The notes under the pieces were generated by a model that did not search any database, was not told the origin of the DNA, and worked only from the letters and a program-made list of their open reading frames with translations. The translations under genes were made by a program, and so were the position numbers. From an uncultured Acidobacteriota bacterium (GTDB lineage: Bacteria > Acidobacteriota > Thermoanaerobaculia > Multivoradales > JAHEKO01), in NCBI GenBank assembly GCA_963713825.1, contig CAVQNG010000025.1, forward strand, positions 800,001-864,000: a stretch of DNA of 64,000 bases. Direction: 5' to 3'. Shown here in pieces: positions 36,144 through 45,144 of this stretch (positions are counted from its first letter, which is position 1; each line of letters starts with the position of its first letter).

Positions 36144-37919
36144 ATGAGCGCACTCGTCACGGCATTGTGCTTCGTGGGCTACTTTTTCGGCTACGTCTTC
36201 TACTCCCGATTCCTGGCCAGACGGCTTTTTGAGCTCGACCCTGCTGCGGAAACGCCATCTCATCAACTGCGCGACGGCGTCGACTACGTGCCGACGAATC
36301 GCTTTGTCCTCTTTGGCCACCACTGGGCGTCGATCACCGGCCTTTCCCCAATGCTGGGGCCGGCTGTTGCGGTGATCTGGGGCTGGCTCCCTGCCATGCT
36401 CTGGGTGCTCTTGGGCGCTCTCTTCGTGGGCTGCGTGCACGATTTCGGCTCGCTCGTCGTCAGCATGCGGGCCAAGGGAATGTCCATCGGCAAGGTGACC
36501 GAAGGCATCATCGGCAAGCGGGCCAAGACGCTCTTCCATCTCATCATCTTCTTCGGAATCGCCCTGGCCATGGGGGTCTTCGTCTACGTCATCGCGGTGA
36601 TGTTCTCGATCAGCGACGCCTGGGATCCCGAGCAGCCGATGGCCGATCCGTCGTCCTTTCCGTCGGCGGTGTTCCCGTCCGGCGTTCTCATCGGTCTCGC
36701 CATGATCATGGGCTACCTGCTCTACAAGAAGAAGTTCCCCTTGCTGCCGACCACGGTCGTTGGCTTCGTGCTGATGTTGGCTGCGGTATGGGGAGGACTG
36801 CGCTTCCCGCTGCTGTGGATGGATCGTGCTGACTGGCCCGACTTGAATGTCTGGATCGTGATTCTTCTGCTCTACTCCTTCGTGGCCTCGGTGCTGCCTG
36901 TGTGGAGCCTTCTGCAGGCCAGGGACTTCCTCAACTCCCTCCTGCTCTACCTCGGCCTGGCCCTCTGCTATCTGGGTGTCTTCGTGTGGCGGCCGGAGTT
37001 CGCCGCACCCGCTTTTCGGGCCCATCCCGAAGGCGCTCCCAGCTTCTATCCCTTCGTATTCATCATCATCGCCTGTGGTGCGGCCAGCGGCTTTCACTCC
37101 CTGGTCGCCTCGGGCACCACGGCCAAGCAGATCGACAAAGAGACCGATGCCCGATTCATCGGCTATGGCGGCATGGTGGGCGAGTCCCTGTTGGGACTAT
37201 TGGCAGTCCTGGCTTGTACCGCTGGAATTCTGGGCACGGGTGGATATCAGCCCGCGGAGGTTTGGGCCAATACCTATCGGGATTGGGATTCGATGGCGTC
37301 GCTCGGCACCCAGGTCGGGGTCTTTATCACTGGGGCGGCGCAGTTCATCGAGAAGCTGGGGGTGGCGGATCACCGCCTGGCAACAGCCTTCATCGCCGTG
37401 GTCGTCGTCTCGTTTGCCCTGACAACACTCGACTCGGCCACCCGTCTCTTGCGATTCAACATCGCGGAGATCGGTGAAACGCTGCATCTGCGAGTTCTCG
37501 ACAACCGATTCCTGAGCTCTTTTCTGGCGGTGGGTGTCATTGCCTTCTTCGCGTTTTACAAGATCGGCGGCCGGCCGGCTGGCCTGGCCCTGTGGCGACT
37601 GTTCGGCACGACCAACCAACTGCTGGCAGGTCTGGCCTTGCTGGCGGTGACTCTCTATCTGGTCCAGAGGGGCAAGAGCCCCTGGTTCACGGGTGTGCCG
37701 ATGCTATTCATGGCGGTGACGACGATTCTCGCCATGGTCTCCAACCTGAAGGACTTTTGGGCCCAAAGGGGTGAAGGCGGTGGGCCGCTGTTCGCGATCG
37801 GACTGATCCTGCTGGTACTGGCGATCTGGCTCATGGCCGAGGGAGTCATGGCCCTGTTCCGCTTTCGCAAGCAGAAGCCGATCGACACCATGCAGGTGAT
37901 CTACTCCGATGACAGCTGA
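36144..37919 (+). CDS. cstA: Carbon starvation protein A family transporter
   Basis: DGVDYVP, LFGHHWASITG, GCVHDF, LPVWSLLQARDF, IACGAASGFHSL, LTTLDSATR, LFGTTNQLL. Confidence 0.93.
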   Translation: MSALVTALCFVGYFFGYVFYSRFLARRLFELDPAAETPSHQLRDGVDYVPTNRFVLFGHHWASITGLSPMLGPAVAVIWGWLPAMLWVLLGALFVGCVHDFGSLVVSMRAKGMSIGKVTEGIIGKRAKTLFHLIIFFGIALAMGVFVYVIAVMFSISDAWDPEQPMADPSSFPSAVFPSGVLIGLAMIMGYLLYKKKFPLLPTTVVGFVLMLAAVWGGLRFPLLWMDRADWPDLNVWIVILLLYSFVASVLPVWSLLQARDFLNSLLLYLGLALCYLGVFVWRPEFAAPAFRAHPEGAPSFYPFVFIIIACGAASGFHSLVASGTTAKQIDKETDARFIGYGGMVGESLLGLLAVLACTAGILGTGGYQPAEVWANTYRDWDSMASLGTQVGVFITGAAQFIEKLGVADHRLATAFIAVVVVSFALTTLDSATRLLRFNIAEIGETLHLRVLDNRFLSSFLAVGVIAFFAFYKIGGRPAGLALWRLFGTTNQLLAGLALLAVTLYLVQRGKSPWFTGVPMLFMAVTTILAMVSNLKDFWAQRGEGGGPLFAIGLILLVLAIWLMAEGVMALFRFRKQKPIDTMQVIYSDDS

Positions 37920-38986
37920 GCGCTTCGCAGCTGTACTCCTCGCTCGACGCCCGGAATTTCGGTAATCAAGTCGGAACCGAAGGCTCCAGCTGGAGTCCAG
38001 GCGCCGGGCTCCAGGGCGCCAGCCAGTATTCTCGATACGAGCTCAACGGCCGCGGATGCCGTCAACGCGTAGCCCTCCGGGACTTCGAGGGTCGCCTCTC
38101 GACTGGCGCCCGCCTCGTTTCGGGCTTCGCCCCACAAGTGGACTCTGGCTCCGGTGCGGGTCTCGGCGTCGGGCCCCACGATGGTCCTCCCGATCCACCA
38201 CTGGAGAAGGCGTTTGACCGGTACCGTACCGATGACCGGCAGCAAGGGCCGCAGTCTCCGCAGCTGCCGAATGCGCGGTTCGGGTGTCCCTGTGTAGACA
38301 CGGATATTGGGGATCCCCGTAGTGTGAAACGCGGTGGAGACATCCCCCCAGGGAATCGTCATCGCCCAGCGCGATCCGCAGGCGAACTCGATTCGACGGG
38401 CGTCCTGCGCCAACGGAGTTGCGACAATCTTCCCGTCGCGTCGTTCGGCACCGGCATGCGGCATGGCTTCCACAGCGGTACGGAGTGTGCCCCGACTGGC
38501 ACTGCCGCGGTCCGAAGTGAACGCCAGATCCAGATGGGTGGCGTCGGGTAGAGCGTGCGCCAGGGTGGCTGCCAGACAATCGCTGGGCACCACGTCGAAG
38601 CCGACGCCAGGAAGCAACACCACGCCAGCCGCGCGGGCCGCCTCATCACGATGCAAGATCGATTCGAATACGCCGATCTCGCCAGTGATGTCGAGGTAGT
38701 GGGTTGCCGTGGCAAGGCATGCGTCCACCATCGGACGGCTTGTTTGAATGAAAGGGCCGGCAGCATGTAGAACGGCCGAGACCTTCTCGAGAGTAGCCCG
38801 GAGAGAACCAGGGTCGTTCAGCTCGAGGACCTTCGCCTCGAGTCCGAGTTCGTCAGCCAACTTTTGGAGGGGCTGCCGTCTTCTACCGGCCAGGACAGGT
38901 GCAAGTCCCCTTCGAGCGGCCTCTCTGGCGATCAGCTCTCCAGTGTAGCCATAGGCGCCGTACAGCAGCCAAGGGGTCGAAGGCAT
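37901..38986 (-). CDS. Saccharopine dehydrogenase-like NAD(P)-binding oxidoreductase
   Basis: YGAYGYTG, LAGR, HAAGPF, HYLDITGE, GVGFDVVPSD, IPWGDV. Confidence 0.88.
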   Translation of the reverse strand: MPSTPWLLYGAYGYTGELIAREAARRGLAPVLAGRRRQPLQKLADELGLEAKVLELNDPGSLRATLEKVSAVLHAAGPFIQTSRPMVDACLATATHYLDITGEIGVFESILHRDEAARAAGVVLLPGVGFDVVPSDCLAATLAHALPDATHLDLAFTSDRGSASRGTLRTAVEAMPHAGAERRDGKIVATPLAQDARRIEFACGSRWAMTIPWGDVSTAFHTTGIPNIRVYTGTPEPRIRQLRRLRPLLPVIGTVPVKRLLQWWIGRTIVGPDAETRTGARVHLWGEARNEAGASREATLEVPEGYALTASAAVELVSRILAGALEPGAWTPAGAFGSDLITEIPGVERGVQLRSAQLSSE

Positions 38987-39054
38987 GGCTCGTAATTTCT
39001 ATTCTTGCTGGGAGCTCGGATAGCGATCCGAGGCCCCAATTGTCAGTCGTCGTC

Positions 39055-40104
39055 TCAAAGGACTTCGAGCCTCGAGTGGCCCTCCACGACTTCTCCTACC
39101 AGAGCAGCAGTGTGGCCGGCGTCGAGGAGTGCCTGGAGCAGGGGTTCCACTTGAATGGGTGGCGTGGCCAGAAGCAGGCCGCCGGAAGTCTGCGGGTCGA
39201 AGAGCAGTTCTCGCTGGGGCTTCTTGAGTCCGGCTTGGATCTCGATCTCGTCTTCCACGTTCGCTTCGTTGGCGACGGTCGACAGGGTCGAAACCCCTTT
39301 CTTCACCAGCCGATAAAAGCTCTCGTAGACGGGCAGGTCCGAAAATCTCAGCCGAACCCCGACTTTCGATGCCCTGGCGATTTCCATTGCGTGACCAGCG
39401 ATCCCGAAGCCGGTGATGTCCGTGGCGGCTTTGACACCGTGACGCAGAGCGAGTTGTGCTGCGGCATGGTTCAATCGTTCCATTTCGACCAGCGCCGGCT
39501 CGAGCTCGGCCGCATCCATTTTGCCGGCTTTGAAGGCGTTGATCAGCACGCCAGTGCCCAGGGGCTTGGTGAGGATGAGCTGCTCTCCAGGGCGAGCATT
39601 CGAGTTGGTCAGGATTTGCTCGGGGTCGGCCTCGCCGATGACCGACAGGCCGAACTTGAGCTCGTCGTCCTCGACCGAGTGACCGCCGAGGAGCACGGCT
39701 CCCGACTCGGCTATCGCCTCGGCAGCCCCCTGCAGAATCTCGCCGTAGACACCGTCCGGAATCCCCTTGGCAGGGAAGCAGCAGATGTTGAGCGCAAACA
39801 GGGCTTTGCCTCCCATGGCAAACACATCCGAGAGAGAGTTCGCAGCCGAGATCCTGCCATAGCGAAAGGGGTCGTCGCAGACGGGAGTGATGAAGTCCAG
39901 GGTCGCGACCAGGGCTCTGTCCCCCAGCAGATAGACGCCGGCGTCGTCGGCTGTTTCCGGGCCGACCAGGACCTTCGGATCTCCACCGGCCACTTGCATC
40001 AGTGGCGCGACCATTTCATGTAGGTCCCCCGGACCTACCTTGGCGGCTCACCCGCCGGTCGTGGCGCAGTCTGTGAGTCGGAACTTGCGTCGAAACAATG
40101 CCAT
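39055..40104 (-). CDS. selD: Selenide, water dikinase containing selenocysteine (UGA at codon 19)
   Basis: ATG 40104 gives MALFRRKFRLTDCATTGG-UGA-AAKVGPGDL, in frame with the 39055-40014 ORF (DDAGVY, DFITP, ANSLSDVFAMGG, GGHS, TDITGFG, DPQTSGGLL). Confidence 0.95.
40020..40038 (-). promoter_or_regulatory. Bacterial SECIS-like hairpin of selD
   Basis: mRNA reads UGA GCCGCCAAG GUAGGUCC-GGG-GGACCUAC: a perfect stem with a G-rich loop about 17 nt downstream of the UGA. Confidence 0.8.
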
Positions 40105-40195
40105 GGCAATGTCGATGTTAGCTCATTCGGGCTACCTGAGATGACAGCGCAACGGGCGATAGGTGGTCCGACACCACGAGAGTAGAATGGCTTCG

Positions 40196-41569
40196 ATGAG
40201 CACTGCAGCCGAGATCGACCTGTCCGTCAGCAGCTTGCCCTTGCTGGTTCGGGGTGGGACGGTTCTCACCCTCGATGACCAGGCGACCGTGCTCGACGGT
40301 GCAGACCTGTTGATTGTCGAAGGTCGCATCCAGGAGATGGGCAGTACGGTGGTGCCTCCCGCCGGCAGTCAGATCCTCGATGTCGATGGCTGCCTGGTGC
40401 TGCCCGGAATGATTCAGGGTCACATCCATCTCGGGCAGACCTTCTTCCGCGGGCTGGCCGAGGGCCGCACACTCCTTTCCTGGCTCCAGGAGCGCATCTG
40501 GCCCTTGGAAGCGGCACACGACGATGAGAGTGCCTATTGGTGCGGGATGCTCGGAGCGGCGGAGTGCCTGTTGTCGGGCACGACCACAGTCCAGGACATC
40601 GGACTTGGGCCCGGAGCCCGCGGTCTCCTCGCCGCAATTCGAAAGTCGGGACTGCGCGGCCTGGCAGGTATCTGCCTCATGGATGGTGGCGAGGGCATGC
40701 CGGCGACGTTGGCTGGTGACACCGACAACGTGCTGTCCGAGACAGCGTCGCTCGGGGATGAGGTCGATGGTTGGGAGGGAAGTCGGGTCGGCTACGTCCT
40801 CAACCCGAGGTTCATTCTGAGCTGCACTGACGAGCTCTGGAGCGGCATCCGGCACTTGGCGAGCGAAAAGGGCTGGCCCATCCATACCCATGCCCTGGAG
40901 CAAAAGGAAGAATCCCTGGCCGTCATGCAGTTGAAGGGTGGATTGGACGAGATCGACTACTTCGACGCCACCGGCATCCTGGCTTCAGATCTGAGAATCG
41001 CCCATGGGGTCCAGCTCGATGCGCGGCATTTGCAGCGGCTCTCCAGGGAGTCGTTCAGTGTCGTGCATTGCCCGAGCGCCAACCTGAAGCTGGGTTCGGG
41101 CATCGCCGACGTCGTCGGTATCCGCGCGGCTGGGATCCCCGTCGGGATCGGTGCAGATGGAGCACCCTGCAACAACGATCTCGATATTCTGGAGGAGGTG
41201 CGATTGGCGGCCCTGCTGCAGCAGGTCGGTCACGGTCCTGCCGCTTTCACCGGGCTCGACGCACTGCGGCTGGCGACGAGTGAAGGTGCAACAGCCATCG
41301 GACTCGGAGCGGATGCCGGTAGCCTCGAGGTCGGGAAGATGGCGGATCTGGTCGTCCTGAGCGCCGACCGACCGGAGCTGCTAGCCGCCTCGATGGTCGA
41401 TCTGCATGACCTCGTCGCATTTGGCGCTTCACGTGCCTCCGTGCGCCACGTTGTCGTCGGTGGCGAGATCCTCGTCGAGAACGGTCGACTCATTGGTCTG
41501 GATCTGGCGGAGATTCGACAGGAAGCGTCGCGCTGTCTGGAAGAGCTCCTTCAGAGAGTGCGTTTCTAG
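40196..41569 (+). CDS. Metal-dependent deaminase (MTA/SAH or 5'-deoxyadenosine deaminase-like amidohydrolase)
   Basis: PGMIQGHIHLGQT, IHTHALE, IAHGV, HCPSANLKLGSG, GADGAPCNN, GSLEVGKMAD. Confidence 0.88.
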   Translation: MSTAAEIDLSVSSLPLLVRGGTVLTLDDQATVLDGADLLIVEGRIQEMGSTVVPPAGSQILDVDGCLVLPGMIQGHIHLGQTFFRGLAEGRTLLSWLQERIWPLEAAHDDESAYWCGMLGAAECLLSGTTTVQDIGLGPGARGLLAAIRKSGLRGLAGICLMDGGEGMPATLAGDTDNVLSETASLGDEVDGWEGSRVGYVLNPRFILSCTDELWSGIRHLASEKGWPIHTHALEQKEESLAVMQLKGGLDEIDYFDATGILASDLRIAHGVQLDARHLQRLSRESFSVVHCPSANLKLGSGIADVVGIRAAGIPVGIGADGAPCNNDLDILEEVRLAALLQQVGHGPAAFTGLDALRLATSEGATAIGLGADAGSLEVGKMADLVVLSADRPELLAASMVDLHDLVAFGASRASVRHVVVGGEILVENGRLIGLDLAEIRQEASRCLEELLQRVRF

Positions 41570-42632
41570 TTCCGCGCTGCCTGCTCATCGTCGCTCCACA
41601 GTAGACGAGGGATGGCAGGCCTAGCGTCAAAACCAGCAGATAGTGGATTCCCCGGTAGAGGAGCACTCCGGCCGTGGCTTCGACGCCATCGAGTCCGAAG
41701 GAGACGTAGAGGCCGACCATGGCGGCTTCCGTTGTGGCAACGCCGCCGGGAGTACCGGTGACCAGTCCTGCCGCCAGGCCGAGGGCAATCGCTGCGCCGA
41801 CGGCCATCGGCCGCACCGGCGTTCCCAGGCTGTCGAAGATCAGCCACTGTGCTGCTACATTCAACGAGAAGATCAGGATTCCGGTTGCCGCCATGCGAGC
41901 CTGCAGGGCAACATCGGAGAAGCTCTGGAGAAGGCTGCGGAAGAGCTCTTGTCCGCCGGCAAACAGGGGGCCGAGCCTTTTGCCCCTCCTTTCCGCCTTG
42001 AGTCCAATCAGCGTCGCGATCGGTCGGGCGTTGTCAGCCCGGGCCTGCTGCCGCCAGAATGCCAGCGCCCCCACGATCAGGACCAGGCTCAGACCGAGCC
42101 CGATCGCCAAATCGGTGAATCCGGACCAAGCTGCGACCGCGATCAAGGCAAGCCAGGTAGCTGCACCGAGCACGATCTGGTGCGAGACCTGATCGACCAG
42201 GACGGTGGCGTAGATCTTCGAGAAGGGTTGGTCGAGCTGCCGGCTGACACAGCGAGCACGGAGTATGCCGCCAAAGAGGCGCGCCGTGGGCGTTAGATGA
42301 TTCACCAACACCGCGGCGAGCTGTGCAGCCTGGCCGAGGAGCCAGGGCGGACGAAAGCCAGCTGCCCCGAGGACCAGGGCCCAGCGAAGGTAGAGCAGAA
42401 GAAATCTCCCTGTCAGGGCTGCTGCGGCTGCGATCATCCCGGCATGGCTAACGCCTTTCATCTGCAGCTTCAGCTGACTCCAGCCGACCTGCTCGAGAAG
42501 GCGCCAGGCAAGGACGAGGACCGCAACCAGCACTATCAGTTGCGCCGCCCTGATCAGCCAGCGACTCACCGGCATCCGGCCTCGAATCAGGGCTGCCGGC
42601 TGGCTGGAGGTCTCCGAGGTCGAGTCAACCAT
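41490..42632 (-). CDS. Lysylphosphatidylglycerol-synthase TM / flippase-like membrane protein (UPF0104)
   Basis: Multiple TM helices, LRW, NHLTPTARLFGG, TPGGVATTE, LLYRGI. Confidence 0.82.
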   Translation of the reverse strand: MVDSTSETSSQPAALIRGRMPVSRWLIRAAQLIVLVAVLVLAWRLLEQVGWSQLKLQMKGVSHAGMIAAAAALTGRFLLLYLRWALVLGAAGFRPPWLLGQAAQLAAVLVNHLTPTARLFGGILRARCVSRQLDQPFSKIYATVLVDQVSHQIVLGAATWLALIAVAAWSGFTDLAIGLGLSLVLIVGALAFWRQQARADNARPIATLIGLKAERRGKRLGPLFAGGQELFRSLLQSFSDVALQARMAATGILIFSLNVAAQWLIFDSLGTPVRPMAVGAAIALGLAAGLVTGTPGGVATTEAAMVGLYVSFGLDGVEATAGVLLYRGIHYLLVLTLGLPSLVYCGATMSRQRGTRNALSEGALPDSATLPVESPPDPDQ

Positions 42633-42682
42633 CGTCAGGTCACCCTATCGCGGTCGTCTAAATCTGGTAGATTGCCGCGGTT

Positions 42683-44044
42683 ATGAGGTGCCGAAAGATC
42701 TTTTCGCGGGTGCTACCCACCCTCGCGTTCCTGAGCCTTCTCCTGCCTGGGCCCTCCTTGGGTGCTGCCGAGCTGCGGCCCAACATTCTGGTGATATCGG
42801 TAGACACCTTGCGGGCCGATCGCATGGGGAGCTACGGTTACTCGCGCCGAACATCCCCTCATATCGACGGTCTTCTGGCCAAGGGAGTCCGGTTCGCAGA
42901 GGCCCGCACCGTGGAGCCGTTGACCGCTCCGGCCCTGGCCTCGATGCTGACCTCACTGACGCCGCACGAGCATGGCTCGACCCGCAACGGTCTTCGTGTT
43001 CGACCGGAACTGCCATCGCTGCCAAAGGTCCTCAGGCGCCACGGCTACCAGACCGGCGCTTTCGTGGGCAGTTGGACCTTGCGAGAAAAGCTCTGGGCGA
43101 TGTCAGGCCACTTCGATCACTTCGAAGAAGTGCTGACAAAGGCTCGATGGCTCGGCATGGTCAAGCGCGAAGCGACGGCTGAAGACCTCAATGAAGTGGC
43201 GCTCGAATGGCTTTCTGGGCAGGTCGAGGGTGGCTCATCGCGTCCGGTCTTCCTTTGGGTCCACTACGTCGAGCCGCATGCACCGTACGTGTTGCAACGG
43301 GACTTCATGGATCAGATCGGTAGCGCGCCGGACCACAACAACTATTCGGACAGCAACAAGTACGACTCGGAGATCGCCTATGTCGACTTCCAGATCGCGA
43401 AGCTCCTCGAAGCGGTCGAGGCGCTGGTGCCGAATGGCAACACCATGGTCCTGTTCGTGTCGGACCATGGCGAGAGTCTGGGTGAGCATGGCTATTGGGG
43501 CCACGGCAGGCATCTCTACGAACCGACGCTGCACATTCCCATGGGCATCACGTGGCCCGGACACGTCGAGCCGAGAGTCGTCGCGGCGCCGGCACTCATC
43601 ATCGACCTGGCACCGACGGTCGTCGGTCTTCTCGGGATCGAAGTGCCCGATTTCTTCCAGGGAATGGACTGGTCCAAGGTCTTCGCAGGCGCGGCGGAAG
43701 AGCCGACTGACCGCGTGACCTTTTATCAGGCCCACCGTGGTTCAGTGGGGGCGAAGGAAGATCAGACCAAGGTCCGCGAGAAGGGCTTGCTGGAAGTGGC
43801 GCAGTTGGAGAATGGCAAGAAGGAGATCCTTCGGGTCACCAACGGCCGTCGGCGAGTTTTCGATCTTGCGAGCGATCCGGGAGAGCTGGAAAGCCTCGTA
43901 CTGGAGCAGTCGGAGATTTCCGAAGGTCTACAGCGTTGGTTGGAGCGAGTCAAGGCCGGGCTTGTTCTGGCAGACGAGCTGCCGCCACCATCCATCAGCG
44001 ATGAAGACATGGATGCGCTCCGTGCCCTTGGGTACCTGGAGTAG
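42683..44044 (+). CDS. Secreted sulfatase-like hydrolase/transferase
   Basis: Signal peptide, PNILVISVDTLRAD, LTAPALASMLTS, HYVEPHAPY, SDHGESLGEH, LRALGYL. Confidence 0.85.
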   Translation: MRCRKIFSRVLPTLAFLSLLLPGPSLGAAELRPNILVISVDTLRADRMGSYGYSRRTSPHIDGLLAKGVRFAEARTVEPLTAPALASMLTSLTPHEHGSTRNGLRVRPELPSLPKVLRRHGYQTGAFVGSWTLREKLWAMSGHFDHFEEVLTKARWLGMVKREATAEDLNEVALEWLSGQVEGGSSRPVFLWVHYVEPHAPYVLQRDFMDQIGSAPDHNNYSDSNKYDSEIAYVDFQIAKLLEAVEALVPNGNTMVLFVSDHGESLGEHGYWGHGRHLYEPTLHIPMGITWPGHVEPRVVAAPALIIDLAPTVVGLLGIEVPDFFQGMDWSKVFAGAAEEPTDRVTFYQAHRGSVGAKEDQTKVREKGLLEVAQLENGKKEILRVTNGRRRVFDLASDPGELESLVLEQSEISEGLQRWLERVKAGLVLADELPPPSISDEDMDALRALGYLE

Positions 44045-44049
44045 GGGGA

Positions 44050-45144
44050 CTATCGGCCTCGCCAGATTTTCCAGCGGTCGATCACCCGATCCCCGCGAAC
44101 CACCACATACTCGTCGAAACAGGCCACCGCCAAGCAGGAGTGCACCGGTGCGATTCGAACCCGCGCTCCGACAGCAAGAGAGCTGTCTACAATGCCGTGC
44201 TCCTGGGAGAGAGAGCTAACGCGGGTAGGTTTCGGCTGCGGGGTAGGCGGCAGGACTTCGAGAATCTTCCCAAAGTTGGCGTCGCCACCGGTTGTGGAGA
44301 GTGCGTCCTTCGATAGAGCGAGTGCTCCCGCGTCGATGACGCTATGGCTGGCCTCCGGTTGACAGGAGACCACGCTTGCGAGGACGGTCACCGCGCAATC
44401 GTCGATACTGCAAGAGCCTAGCTCTGCCTGCATCTGATCGTAGAAGACGTAGTTGCCGGGCCGCATTTCATCGACGCCCGTTAGGTCTGTCACCACCGAC
44501 ATCGTAGGTGTGGATCCCACCGAGACCGACGGGACTTCGATCCCCGATCCTCGAAGTCTCTCGGCAAGCCTGACAAGGGAGGAGCGCTCTTGCTCAGCCA
44601 CCGCCGACAGCTCGGCTCGGGTGCGGGTCTTGTATGCATGGCCGGCGTGGGTCAGAAGTCCATTGAAGCGGAGAGTCGAGGATGCGTCGAGCCTCTGGGC
44701 CAGCTCGTGGGCGAGGGGACCGTCAGGGTCGACTCCGGCCCTGTGGTAGCCGCAATCGACCTTCATCCAGACTCGAAGAGCATGGCCCGATGCCTCGAGA
44801 GCTTCCAAGGTTGCGATCGAGTCTGCAACGAGCCCCAGATCGATTTCGTGGGCAATGTGTATCGCCTCGTCGAGCCGGTTGAGGATGACAGGAAATGCCC
44901 AGGTCAAATCGTCGAAACCATGCTCGGCGAAGACTCTGGCCTCTTCGAGAGTGGAGACCGTCAGGCCGGAGCACCCCAGATCCCTCTGCAGTCGTGCAAT
45001 CTCCAGGCACTTGTGAGTCTTGATGTGTGGACGAAGCCCGACGCCGAGCGCGGCCGCCCGTTCACTCATTCGGCGGAGGTTTCCTTCCACACGGTCCAGG
45101 TCCAGGATCAGTGCAGGGGTGGGAATCTCTTCGAGGGTCTTCAC
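44050..45144 (-). CDS. Fold-type III PLP enzyme (DSD1 D-serine dehydratase / D-threonine aldolase family)
   Basis: TPALILD, LRPHIKTHK, HRAGV, THAGHAY, GSTPT, RPGNYVFYD, DAGALALS, SQEHG, HSC. GTG start overlaps the addA stop. Confidence 0.9.
   Translation of the reverse strand: MKTLEEIPTPALILDLDRVEGNLRRMSERAAALGVGLRPHIKTHKCLEIARLQRDLGCSGLTVSTLEEARVFAEHGFDDLTWAFPVILNRLDEAIHIAHEIDLGLVADSIATLEALEASGHALRVWMKVDCGYHRAGVDPDGPLAHELAQRLDASSTLRFNGLLTHAGHAYKTRTRAELSAVAEQERSSLVRLAERLRGSGIEVPSVSVGSTPTMSVVTDLTGVDEMRPGNYVFYDQMQAELGSCSIDDCAVTVLASVVSCQPEASHSVIDAGALALSKDALSTTGGDANFGKILEVLPPTPQPKPTRVSSLSQEHGIVDSSLAVGARVRIAPVHSCLAVACFDEYVVVRGDRVIDRWKIWRGR

Noticed and set aside
38899-40023. 374-aa + strand ORF
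   Set aside because: It is an antisense shadow of selD.
40015-40104. selD as a pseudogene with a premature stop
   Set aside because: The UGA falls exactly at the catalytic Cys/Sec position and is followed by a SECIS-like hairpin, so recoding is the better explanation.
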